DNA of 53,535 nt from Euryarchaeota archaeon UBA186. Lineage in GTDB: Archaea > Thermoplasmatota > UBA186. The DNA lies in assembly GCA_002494765.1 (NCBI GenBank), contig DACJ01000072.1, positions 1 to 53,535 on the forward strand, written 5' to 3'. Shown here piece by piece: positions 46,133-53,535 of this stretch; positions within the stretch are counted from its first letter, which is position 1, and every line of letters starts with the position of its first letter. Position numbers and translations under genes: made by a program. The notes under the pieces are model-generated. The model was not told where the DNA came from. It ran no database searches and saw only the letters and a list, made by a program, of their open reading frames with translations.

Positions 46133-46525
46133 TCAGATAGGTCCATCCCCTTCATCCGGGTCATCAAAACCCATGCATAGCGCGAGGCCGTAGTAGTCTT
46201 CATCCGGTGGGTCGTCGATCCCACAAACCATATTCCATAACCCCTTATCTTCCTGTTTGAAACCCATGCTCAGCGCAGGCTCATCATCTTCATCAAGTTG
46301 TTTGTCATCATCAAGTTGTTTGAAACCCATGCATAGCGCGAGGCCGTACGGGTCTTCGTCAGTCGGGTCAAAACCCATGCATAGAGGCCCATCCCCGTAC
46401 GGGTCTTCATCCGGTGGGTCATCTATCCCACAAACCAGAGCAAACCCCTGGAGCGATACCACGATCAGGAGCGCGGCAACTCCCAGAGACACGCCCACTT
46501 TAGCAGTTTTTTTCATTCGTGTCAT
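46133..46525 (-). CDS. secreted acidic Cys-containing repeat mini-protein (four units ending C/S-M-G-F), no recognisable family
   Basis: 130 aa. Signal peptide MTRMKKTAKVGVSLGVAALLIVVSLQGFA, then ...DDPPDEDPYGDGPLCMGF / DPTDEDPYGLALCMGF / ...DEDDEPALSMGF / ...DDPPDEDYYGLALCMGF. TATA-like CTTTAAATATT at 46545..46555 is about 25 nt upstream of the ATG (leaderless layout). Confidence 0.5.
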   Translation of the reverse strand: MTRMKKTAKVGVSLGVAALLIVVSLQGFALVCGIDDPPDEDPYGDGPLCMGFDPTDEDPYGLALCMGFKQLDDDKQLDEDDEPALSMGFKQEDKGLWNMVCGIDDPPDEDYYGLALCMGFDDPDEGDGPI

Positions 46526-46784
46526 AATTAACTAAGTTATCCATAATATTTAAAGCTTTGCCTAACCCAGGCGTATGTTGTTCCACGATAGATAGTGGCA
46601 GCAACTCCAACGATGACATTAGTTCGATCGGAAAGGGCGGCGGATAATAGGTCTTTACCAACGCATATTTTATCTACCCAAATCGAATACGGACTAACAT
46701 GAAATGGGATGAGGGCAAGACCCCTGTAGACCTGAAGCCAGAGTCTAAACCAGATCCTGGAATAAGATTCATAGGAGGAAAACG

Positions 46785-47972
46785 ATGACAAAATTTCCAA
46801 AAAAATTGCTACTTGTCCAGACGGATTCTTTAGAAGGCGTGATAAAAAACTGGGAGATGAGAAAAGACGAGGAAGACTGGTTGGGCCTTGGGTCCGTAAC
46901 CGTAAAGTCCATTGGGATGGTTGGGCTGAAAGCGATTAGAGGCAGATGCCCGGATAATGTTATTCTCGCGGATTTGAAATCCATGGATACTGGATTTTTG
47001 GAAGTTGAGGTAGCTGCTCTGGCCGGCGCGGACGTAATCACGGTTTCAGGTCTTGCGGACGACTCGACCATAATAGGCGCTGTCGAAGCCGCCAGGAAGT
47101 ATGATGTTAAAATCATGGCGGATCTGGTAAATGCGGGGTTGGATAGGGCTAAAACCCTCGAAAAAAATGGGGTCCACTACATGCTGTGTAAACCTGAGCA
47201 GGTCAAAGAATTAAAGGGATTAAACATACCGATAGCCAGTTATAATGACGACGCCCAGATCCGGATCGAAGAGATCCCGTCTAGGATACCATCAAAACAG
47301 GGGAAAAAGAAAAGGTTGGAATTCGGCAATCCCATTCTTCAGGTAGCTTTAGATCTGACGGAATTGAAAGACGCCCTGAGAATCGCAGAGCAGTCAAACA
47401 TGGGGGGAGTAGATTGGTTGGAGGTTGGAACCCCGCTGATAAAGTGTGAAGGCGCTAAAGCCGTTCGGGAATTACGGAAAAAATTTCCGGGAAAAATCCT
47501 GGTAGCCGATTTAAAGACCCTGGCAAATTCAGCCGAAGAGGTGGCTATAGCGGCTCTAGCTGGTGCAGATATCGTTGGAATATCCGGGTCATCTGACGAT
47601 CTGGAGATAGCAAAGGCGGTAGAACAAGCAAAAAAGATGGGGGTACACATAATGGCAGACCTGATAGCGATATCCAACCCGGTTTCACGAGCTGCGGAAT
47701 TGGAAAGGTTGGGGGCCGACATCCTGGAATTTCACATATCAATAGATAAGCAATTGAGTAAAGAATATGCTGGATACCCATTCCCCCTGGTAGAAGAAGT
47801 GTGCGATTCCGTCCAGATCCCGGTCGCTGTGGCAGGTGGGATGAGGGCGAAGACGGCACCCCTTGCGGTAAAATCCGGGGCTAAAATCGTCGTGGTGGGG
47901 GGAGGGATAACCCACGTGGCGGATCCCAAAGCCGCCACCGAGAACATAAAACAGGCCATGAAGACTTATTAA
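46785..47972 (+). CDS. 3-hexulose-6-phosphate synthase family protein with an extra truncated N-terminal HPS-like domain
   Basis: 395 aa. Residues from about 185 on form a full HPS/OMPDC-suprafamily barrel (ILQVALDL, WLEVGTPLIK, VADLKT, AVAGGM...VVVGGGI). Residues 1-150 align to HPS strands 1-6 (ILADLKSMDTGFLEVEVAALAGADVITVSGLADDSTIIGAV). SD GGAGGA upstream. Confidence 0.7.
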   Translation: MTKFPKKLLLVQTDSLEGVIKNWEMRKDEEDWLGLGSVTVKSIGMVGLKAIRGRCPDNVILADLKSMDTGFLEVEVAALAGADVITVSGLADDSTIIGAVEAARKYDVKIMADLVNAGLDRAKTLEKNGVHYMLCKPEQVKELKGLNIPIASYNDDAQIRIEEIPSRIPSKQGKKKRLEFGNPILQVALDLTELKDALRIAEQSNMGGVDWLEVGTPLIKCEGAKAVRELRKKFPGKILVADLKTLANSAEEVAIAALAGADIVGISGSSDDLEIAKAVEQAKKMGVHIMADLIAISNPVSRAAELERLGADILEFHISIDKQLSKEYAGYPFPLVEEVCDSVQIPVAVAGGMRAKTAPLAVKSGAKIVVVGGGITHVADPKAATENIKQAMKTY

Positions 47973-47988
47973 TAAGAAAGAAGGAGAA

Positions 47989-48021
47989 GGGGGAACACTA
48001 ATCTAATCTACCAGTTCCCCC
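47989..48021. terminator. 8-bp stem hairpin GGGGGAAC-n17-GTTCCCCC between convergent genes
   Basis: Perfect inverted repeat read directly, 17 nt after the HPS stop. Followed by a C/T-rich tract. Confidence 0.3.
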
Positions 48022-48097
48022 CTCTCCCTTCCAACCCTCACCCCCCCCTTGAGTTTACATACTTTGTATAACGATAAAAATCGTTTAACCAAGCATC

Positions 48098-49321
48098 TCA
48101 GTTTTCTATCTCGCCAGCTCTCTTAAGCGACGTCTTGGCGATTATAGGCCCGATCAACTCGTGAACGATCGTAGCCCCTATGATCGTACTTATGATGATG
48201 TCGGATATGCCATCGAAGGCGGGGTTCTGTTTGATCATCAGCGCTAAGCCAACCACAATACCCCCCTGCGGTATAAGGCCTCCAGCGGTGTATTTCTTCA
48301 CCTTTCCGCTTGATTTGGAGATGGATGCCCCAATCCAGGTTCCGGAGACCTTGCCTACTACTCTGAACATGACGAAGAATAGTATCAGAAGGTAGGTGGT
48401 GGAAAGGACCGAAAAGTCAAGATGCATCCCGCTTAAGGTGAAGAAAAGGACGAATATCAGCTCTTCCATGGACCTCTCCAGGATCGAGAATATCTTCTCC
48501 CTTTTCTTGTTGAAGTTCACCACGATAATCCCCATCGTCATCGTTGAGAGGAGCTCATCGAATCCCAATAATGAGGCAAGGCCGAAACATAGAAGCAACA
48601 TTCCGAAGACCAGCACTATAAGGGCCCCCTCCGTCTCCCTTTCTATCAGACAAGTGATAAAATTTAAGATAAACCCGATAACCACGCCAAGAGCAACAGC
48701 CCCTAGGATTATCACCAGGGGGCTTAGGACCATCGAATTCAGTGTGAGATCCTGGTTCAGGATCAACACTCCCCCTATCACCGTAGCGATGGTGTAATTT
48801 ACTATTCCGAATATATCGTCGAACGCGGCAACGCCCATGATCGTAGAGGAGACGTCACCTTTCGCCCTGTACTCGTGTGTAATAGCCAGGGTAGCGGATG
48901 GATCAGTGGGTGAACCCAGCGAGCCCATCAATAGGCTGAGGGGGAGGATAAACGCTAAAACGCTGTTGCCCACGGAAAGGATGGAAAACGACCCCAGCAC
49001 AAAAAAGCCCAATGCTATCGCCGCGAAGGCCAATTCCGCCTCAAAAACGGTGATGCCGATTATACCTTTTCCCAATTTCTTTATCCGGGAGAATAAAAGC
49101 GATCCACCCACCGAGAACGTTATGAAGGAAAGAGCGATGTTAGTGATCAGGCTGGTGTGCTCAACAAAATCTTCAGAGATGATGCCGAACAGGTCTGGAT
49201 TTAGCAGTACCCCGGCAAGGATATAACCTGTCACCTTAGGCAACTTTATTTTCGCGACTATCTCCCCCAGGATAAACCCCACGAAAATGATTATGCCTAC
49301 AGTCAGGATTGGTTCTATCAT
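48098..49321 (-). CDS. cation:proton antiporter (CPA2/Kef-type membrane domain)
   Basis: 407 aa, about 12 hydrophobic segments, Na+/H+-exchanger-like N-terminus MIEPILTVGIIIFVGFILGEIVAKIKLPKVTGYILAGVLL. Confidence 0.75.
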   Translation of the reverse strand: MIEPILTVGIIIFVGFILGEIVAKIKLPKVTGYILAGVLLNPDLFGIISEDFVEHTSLITNIALSFITFSVGGSLLFSRIKKLGKGIIGITVFEAELAFAAIALGFFVLGSFSILSVGNSVLAFILPLSLLMGSLGSPTDPSATLAITHEYRAKGDVSSTIMGVAAFDDIFGIVNYTIATVIGGVLILNQDLTLNSMVLSPLVIILGAVALGVVIGFILNFITCLIERETEGALIVLVFGMLLLCFGLASLLGFDELLSTMTMGIIVVNFNKKREKIFSILERSMEELIFVLFFTLSGMHLDFSVLSTTYLLILFFVMFRVVGKVSGTWIGASISKSSGKVKKYTAGGLIPQGGIVVGLALMIKQNPAFDGISDIIISTIIGATIVHELIGPIIAKTSLKRAGEIEN

Positions 49322-49605
49322 CTCTCCATCCTTATGTCGGGATTATTTGGGCTTCCAGAATATGCGATTTCGTGTATGTTCAAACAGCATCGGGGATTGA
49401 TATGGGATCGTAGTTATAGTATCTTCCGGAATTGGGGTTTTACCCCATAAGGGTAAATGGGGATTGATGGAAAATAGATCTAGCTGAGAAGTTAAGAACC
49501 CATACGCGCGAGTCTTCCAGGTCGTTTAACCTGTCACCGCATTTGACTGAGAGCATAGGAAATTTTAAGTATCATCTATTTATTAGAAAAATGTCAGGTA
49601 ACGAA

Positions 49606-51450
49606 ATGAAAAAAATATCGACATTTGTGGTCGTCCTTTTGTTGACCGCAGCGGTGAGCAGTATTACTGCAAAAGAACATCATGAATGTATTACCCCTTT
49701 AGACTCTTCGAGCTCAATAGACGATCAGGCATTTACTTTTCACGGCGCTCCAGAAGAGATCGGATGGCAATATGGCACTCAATTAAAAGACGCGATCCAT
49801 GAGAATATCAGATCGTATTGGGAAATTGCCAGAGACCATAGATATGAAAGGGGGAATATCCTTGAGATGGCTAGAAATAGAGAGAAAACGATCAAAGAGA
49901 TCGCCCCTCATTTGCTCAACGAGTTAAAAGCTATGGCCGAAGCCTCCAACACATCTTATGATGATGTCCTTTCTCTGAATCTATGTTCAGAAATAATCCA
50001 GGGAAGCCACGGCGGCTGCACATCCTGGATCGCAACGGGCGATGCGACTCTTAACGGAGATTCAATCTATCATAAAAATCGTGATAGCAGGCGCGGTACG
50101 CAGGTAGTCGTAAAGATCATACCCGACAGGGGTCATCCGTTTCACGCGGTGGTCACTGCAGGGCAAAATGGAATTGCGGCGGGAATAAACAAATTTGGAC
50201 TTGCTGCCGGGAACAATGCCGTCGCTACGTGGGCCATAAATCCTTTTGGAGCGGGTAGTCTCGTGGTTAACAGGCTCATCGTCGAGAGATGCGACTCTGT
50301 AGATAGCGCTTATGATATGTTAAAAAACATGGTAAAGAAACATAAGATAGCGGGCGGATCCATGTTCTTCGTTGTCGATGAGGAAAAAGGTGCGATCATC
50401 GAAGTTACCGGGTTTTCCTTATCTTCTTATAAGGAATCGATCATAGTTGATGATGTGGGGTACAGGTCGAATTACTTCATCGTATTGAAAAAATATAGCC
50501 TGTTTTCAGCTCTATCCGAAGATTGTATAATAAGATATAAGGCGGCAAAACAATTCCTCGAGCGCAAGAAAGGCAACTTCACCATCTATGATTGCAATGA
50601 ATTGTCCAGGCACCATCACGTGAGAAAAGGCGGCATGATTTCTGAATATGAGGGCTCTATCTGCGGGCATCCAAAATCTGGCGGTTCCAGCACACTTCTA
50701 GGGGTGACATTCCAGGTGAATGAAACTTACCCGAACGAATTATCGGTCATGTGGGTTGCTCTAGGTCTACCCTGCAACACGCTCTATGTCCCTCTTCACA
50801 TCATCTCCACAGAAATTTGCGAGGTTTATCTGAATGGAGACGCATGGAGAGCATCTGAATCCGTGCGCAGAGAATTACGGCCCCCAGGTGAGCTAACACC
50901 TCATCTCCTTGAATTGGAGAGAAAGGAACTTATCACTTCCTCTGAAATAGAGAATATATCTTATGATTATCTGAAAGAGGGAAAATTCGAGAATGCGGCA
51001 TCTCTCTTAACATCTCTCGATCTGAGCGAGGGAAAATGGGCGTACGAGGAGATGAAGAGTGAATATGCCGGGGTCTCCCTTCCGGCAATTCTATCGATTT
51101 CGGATTTGACCTATTATGAGGGAGAAAATGCACTGTCGGTGGAAGTTTATAACCATGGCTATGGCGATGTTTCAAATGTTGCGATCGATCTCTATACCGA
51201 TGGCGTTCCAATTGGCGGTACAACGCTTTCAATCCCACAGAGAACGAGCAGAGAATTTAACATAGAATTGAACGATTTTGATGCATCACAGACCAGTATT
51301 GATGTTGAGTTATCATGGGACGGTATGAATGCGGGTTATAATCTGTCCGCTAGAACGATCGATGGCGCAGAATCTCTTTCAGATATTTCAGCCCTTGAAT
51401 TGTCGATTGCAATGATATGTTCTGGTTTGGTCCATATATCTAAAAGATGA
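49606..51450 (+). CDS. peptidase-C45-like Ntn hydrolase, paralogue 4, with CARDB-like Ig domain and C-terminal anchor
   Basis: Track start is TTG 49543. ATG 49606 gives the signal peptide MKKISTFVVVLLLTAAVSS. EEIGWQYG, HGG-CTSWIATG, NKFGLAAGNN. C-terminal LSVEVYNHGYGDVSNVAIDLYTDG (CARDB-like) plus a hydrophobic tail. Confidence 0.6.
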   Translation: MKKISTFVVVLLLTAAVSSITAKEHHECITPLDSSSSIDDQAFTFHGAPEEIGWQYGTQLKDAIHENIRSYWEIARDHRYERGNILEMARNREKTIKEIAPHLLNELKAMAEASNTSYDDVLSLNLCSEIIQGSHGGCTSWIATGDATLNGDSIYHKNRDSRRGTQVVVKIIPDRGHPFHAVVTAGQNGIAAGINKFGLAAGNNAVATWAINPFGAGSLVVNRLIVERCDSVDSAYDMLKNMVKKHKIAGGSMFFVVDEEKGAIIEVTGFSLSSYKESIIVDDVGYRSNYFIVLKKYSLFSALSEDCIIRYKAAKQFLERKKGNFTIYDCNELSRHHHVRKGGMISEYEGSICGHPKSGGSSTLLGVTFQVNETYPNELSVMWVALGLPCNTLYVPLHIISTEICEVYLNGDAWRASESVRRELRPPGELTPHLLELERKELITSSEIENISYDYLKEGKFENAASLLTSLDLSEGKWAYEEMKSEYAGVSLPAILSISDLTYYEGENALSVEVYNHGYGDVSNVAIDLYTDGVPIGGTTLSIPQRTSREFNIELNDFDASQTSIDVELSWDGMNAGYNLSARTIDGAESLSDISALELSIAMICSGLVHISKR

Positions 51451-51458
51451 GGGGGTAA

Positions 51459-52811
51459 ATGGTGTCGAATAAACGTATCGGGAAAACATGTCTGGTTGTG
51501 ATAGCCTCATTAGTTGTGATAATTCCATCTTTCCCCATAGGAATCGAAACGGAAAGGTCTTCCATTCATTTAGCGGAAAGAGGAACGGGATTCATCGGGC
51601 ACGATAAATTGGTTCGAGAATTGCATGCTATAGGAGAATCCAGTGGGCGGGTAAACCTGGAGGTGATCGGCAAATCAGTCGAAGAAAGAGATATATATTT
51701 AGCCATAATCGCGGAACCTGCCGTGGTTTCGGTCGAGGACGTGGGAGAAAGGTGCGTCACGCTTCTTATGGCGAGGCAACACGGAAACGAGCCGGCAGTC
51801 ACCGATGCATCCCTGGATATCATCAGATACCTGGCAAATGGGGAGGATGCCGCTCGATTGCTGGAAAACCAGGTCGTCCTCGTCATACCGATGATAAATC
51901 CCGATGGTTCTGAAAGAAATACGAGGAAAAATGCGGATGGAGTCGACATAAACAGGGATCACATGGCCCTGGCAACGCCAGAAGCCAGAGCGGTGCAGGA
52001 AGTGGTACTTGAATGGGAACCCCATGTCGTGATCGACCACCACGAATACGGCGGAATAGGCATTCCAATTCAGCCGATCCGCATATACGATTGGGATATC
52101 ACCACGATGTATCCCAGCAACGGAAACGTGGAGTCGACTATACGCATGGCCAGCGAGGATCTCGTGTACAACTGGATCTGGCCTGCTGCAAAGGGGGCGG
52201 GCTACACCATTGGGGATTACGGGGTAATTACGTTTGCGGGCATACCACTCACCCAGGTGGCAGGAGGCCCTGATCCCGCTATAGCGAGAAATCAGATGGG
52301 TCTGCACAACTGCATAGCCATGCTTGCAGAGTCAAATATGTTCAGATTGGGAGCAAATAGAAGAGAAATTCGCGTTAACTCTCAGGAATTGATCATGAAT
52401 ACAACCTTAAATTACGTTCATGAAAACAGCCGCATGATCAAGAATATGGTCGAATTCGCAAAAGCCAACGCCGTCATAAAAGGAGAAAACAGGGAAGGTT
52501 TGATCTATCTCGATGACGGGGCTGTTGCTCCCCCATGGGGATATATCGTACCTTCTTCAGGTGAGAAGATCATCAAGAGCCTTGGGCTTCACGGCATAGC
52601 TATGGAGGAACTGGGGCAAGATGTTGAAATAGGGAACAAAAACTACCCTTCCGGATCTTATCTCGTGAAGATGGCACAGCCGAAGAGAGGGCTCATCCCT
52701 CTACTGCTCGAGGAAAGTTCTTCGCGAAATCAACTGGATGGAGAAAGTGCGGTCAGAGTAGAAAACTCTCTGGAAATATCTTTATTGATGGCAAGAGATG
52801 AGAAAAGGTGA
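51459..52811 (+). CDS. secreted M14-family zinc carboxypeptidase-like protein
   Basis: 450 aa. Signal/anchor, ARQHGNEPA (HxxE zinc site), NPDGSE, VIDHHEYG (third His). Starts 8 nt after the paralogue 4 stop. Confidence 0.65.
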   Translation: MVSNKRIGKTCLVVIASLVVIIPSFPIGIETERSSIHLAERGTGFIGHDKLVRELHAIGESSGRVNLEVIGKSVEERDIYLAIIAEPAVVSVEDVGERCVTLLMARQHGNEPAVTDASLDIIRYLANGEDAARLLENQVVLVIPMINPDGSERNTRKNADGVDINRDHMALATPEARAVQEVVLEWEPHVVIDHHEYGGIGIPIQPIRIYDWDITTMYPSNGNVESTIRMASEDLVYNWIWPAAKGAGYTIGDYGVITFAGIPLTQVAGGPDPAIARNQMGLHNCIAMLAESNMFRLGANRREIRVNSQELIMNTTLNYVHENSRMIKNMVEFAKANAVIKGENREGLIYLDDGAVAPPWGYIVPSSGEKIIKSLGLHGIAMEELGQDVEIGNKNYPSGSYLVKMAQPKRGLIPLLLEESSSRNQLDGESAVRVENSLEISLLMARDEKR

Positions 52812-52815
52812 AAGA

Positions 52816-53523
52816 ATGAAGAAAATAATCGCGGTATTTTTGGCGCTGGGAATGGTAACGATGGCATCTGGTGGAGCTATAGCAACGATGATGGACATCG
52901 AAACAACATCAAAATCGTCTGTCGAAGAAAGGCATACAATTTTCCACGACGCGCCAAAGATCGTGGGATTTAAAGGCACACACTACGAAATTGGTTATCA
53001 GGCAGGTTTAAAATTCTTCGATAAATATCTAAAAATAAGAGAGATGATCTGGGAAAAAGCGGAGAAAGACCATGCTCCTCGACAATTGATGGAGGATGCG
53101 AGAAATCACATCAAAATTTTAGAAGAAGTTTATCCGCAGCATTTGGAGAAAATAAAGGGGCTATCCAGTGCTATAGGGATAGGCGTAGATGAGCTCGTCG
53201 CGTTAAAACTGTTCGCTCCGATAGTTTTTCCAACCCGCTGTACAACTTCTGGAATATCATCAGAAGCGACGAGAGACGGGCACAATTACCTGACCTGGAA
53301 TTTAGATGAAGGATTGCCCTTCAAATTAGGGATGACGCACCATTTTAAAGTGGAATCGACCGATGGCTACGCATGGGTTGCAATGGGGATTCCAGTGATA
53401 CTTCCGATGCCCCTTCAAAATGAGAGGGGATTGAGCACCTGTGCCAATATAGTTTACGGCCAGGAAAGCGGAGATGGATTAACTTCTACGGAGTTGTCTA
53501 TAAAGGCGATAGTAATGTCCTAA
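52816..53523 (+). CDS. peptidase-C45-like Ntn hydrolase, paralogue 5, apparently truncated by an in-frame TAA
   Basis: ATG 52816 (MKKIIAVFLALGMVTMASG) lies 4 nt after the M14 stop. HYEIGYQAG, PTR-CTTSGIS, NERGLSTCAN. Ends after 235 aa, where paralogues 1-3 continue for about 190-270 more residues (the more divergent paralogue 4 is not placed by eye). The window ends 12 nt later. Confidence 0.5.
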   Translation: MKKIIAVFLALGMVTMASGGAIATMMDIETTSKSSVEERHTIFHDAPKIVGFKGTHYEIGYQAGLKFFDKYLKIREMIWEKAEKDHAPRQLMEDARNHIKILEEVYPQHLEKIKGLSSAIGIGVDELVALKLFAPIVFPTRCTTSGISSEATRDGHNYLTWNLDEGLPFKLGMTHHFKVESTDGYAWVAMGIPVILPMPLQNERGLSTCANIVYGQESGDGLTSTELSIKAIVMS

Positions 53524-53535
53524 TCTATACAGCAT

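Noticed and set aside
46537-46800. 87-aa minus-strand ORF and a 29-codon plus-strand uORF (46699..46788) upstream of the HPS gene
   Set aside because: Both lie in the divergent promoter region. The 87-aa ORF overlaps the HPS start and has no motifs. The uORF ends in an ATGA junction with HPS but has no other support. Neither is reported as a gene.
46785-47330. N-terminal half of the 395-aa HPS protein as a formaldehyde-activating enzyme (Fae), as in methanogen Fae-HPS fusions
   Set aside because: The sequence aligns residue by residue with HPS strands (DLKSMDTG, GADVITVSG, ADDSTI), not with Fae. Interpreted instead as a partial HPS duplication.
49392-49468. GGGGATTGAT direct repeat (49392..49401 and 49459..49468) and GGGGT-tt-ACCCC hairpin (49434..49446) upstream of C45 paralogue 4
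   Set aside because: Only 10-nt repeats, two copies, in a G-rich spacer. Too short to separate from chance without comparative data.

Overview
Archaeal chromosomal fragment. Evidence for archaeal origin: XPB-Bax1, archaeal DTD2, split GltB, the HMG-CoA synthase/thiolase/DUF35 trio, and TATA-type promoters resembling CTCTTAAATA. There are four blocks. (1) 1.3-11.8 kb, plus strand, biosynthesis: leuC-leuD-leuB-cimA, serA, ilvD and the mevalonate-entry trio. (2) 11.9-16.2 kb: PrsW protease, D-aminoacyl-tRNA deacylase, Bax1-XPB. (3) 16.3-35.6 kb: an uninterrupted 19-kb minus-strand nitrogen supercluster, amt-glnK-cbiA-cobQ | nifH-nifI1-nifI2-nifD-nifK-[NitT/TauT-type ABC importer]-nifB | glnA-ferredoxin-FAD oxidoreductase-three-gene split gltB. 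NifH/D/K keep the canonical cluster and cofactor ligands, but the window holds no nifE/nifN/nifX/nifV/modABC. A non-molybdate-type ABC importer sits inside the cluster. The nifH and amt promoters carry a TCAYAA-N3-TTRTGA dyad next to the TATA box, and glnA has four degenerate tandem copies. I did not see the methanogen NrpR operator. A ribbon-helix-helix regulator is divergent from amt. (4) 35.8-53.5 kb, mixed/accessory: Lrp/AsnC divergent from an AsnRS-like asparagine synthetase, a coupled two-nuclease pair, five secreted peptidase-C45 (Ntn-hydrolase) paralogues, an M14 peptidase, a secreted acidic Cys-repeat mini-protein, an internally duplicated hexulose-phosphate synthase, TrxB, a nitroreductase and a CPA2 antiporter. 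I recognised no rRNA, tRNA, CRISPR array or IS element by eye. All functional calls come from motif recognition by eye, without database searches.
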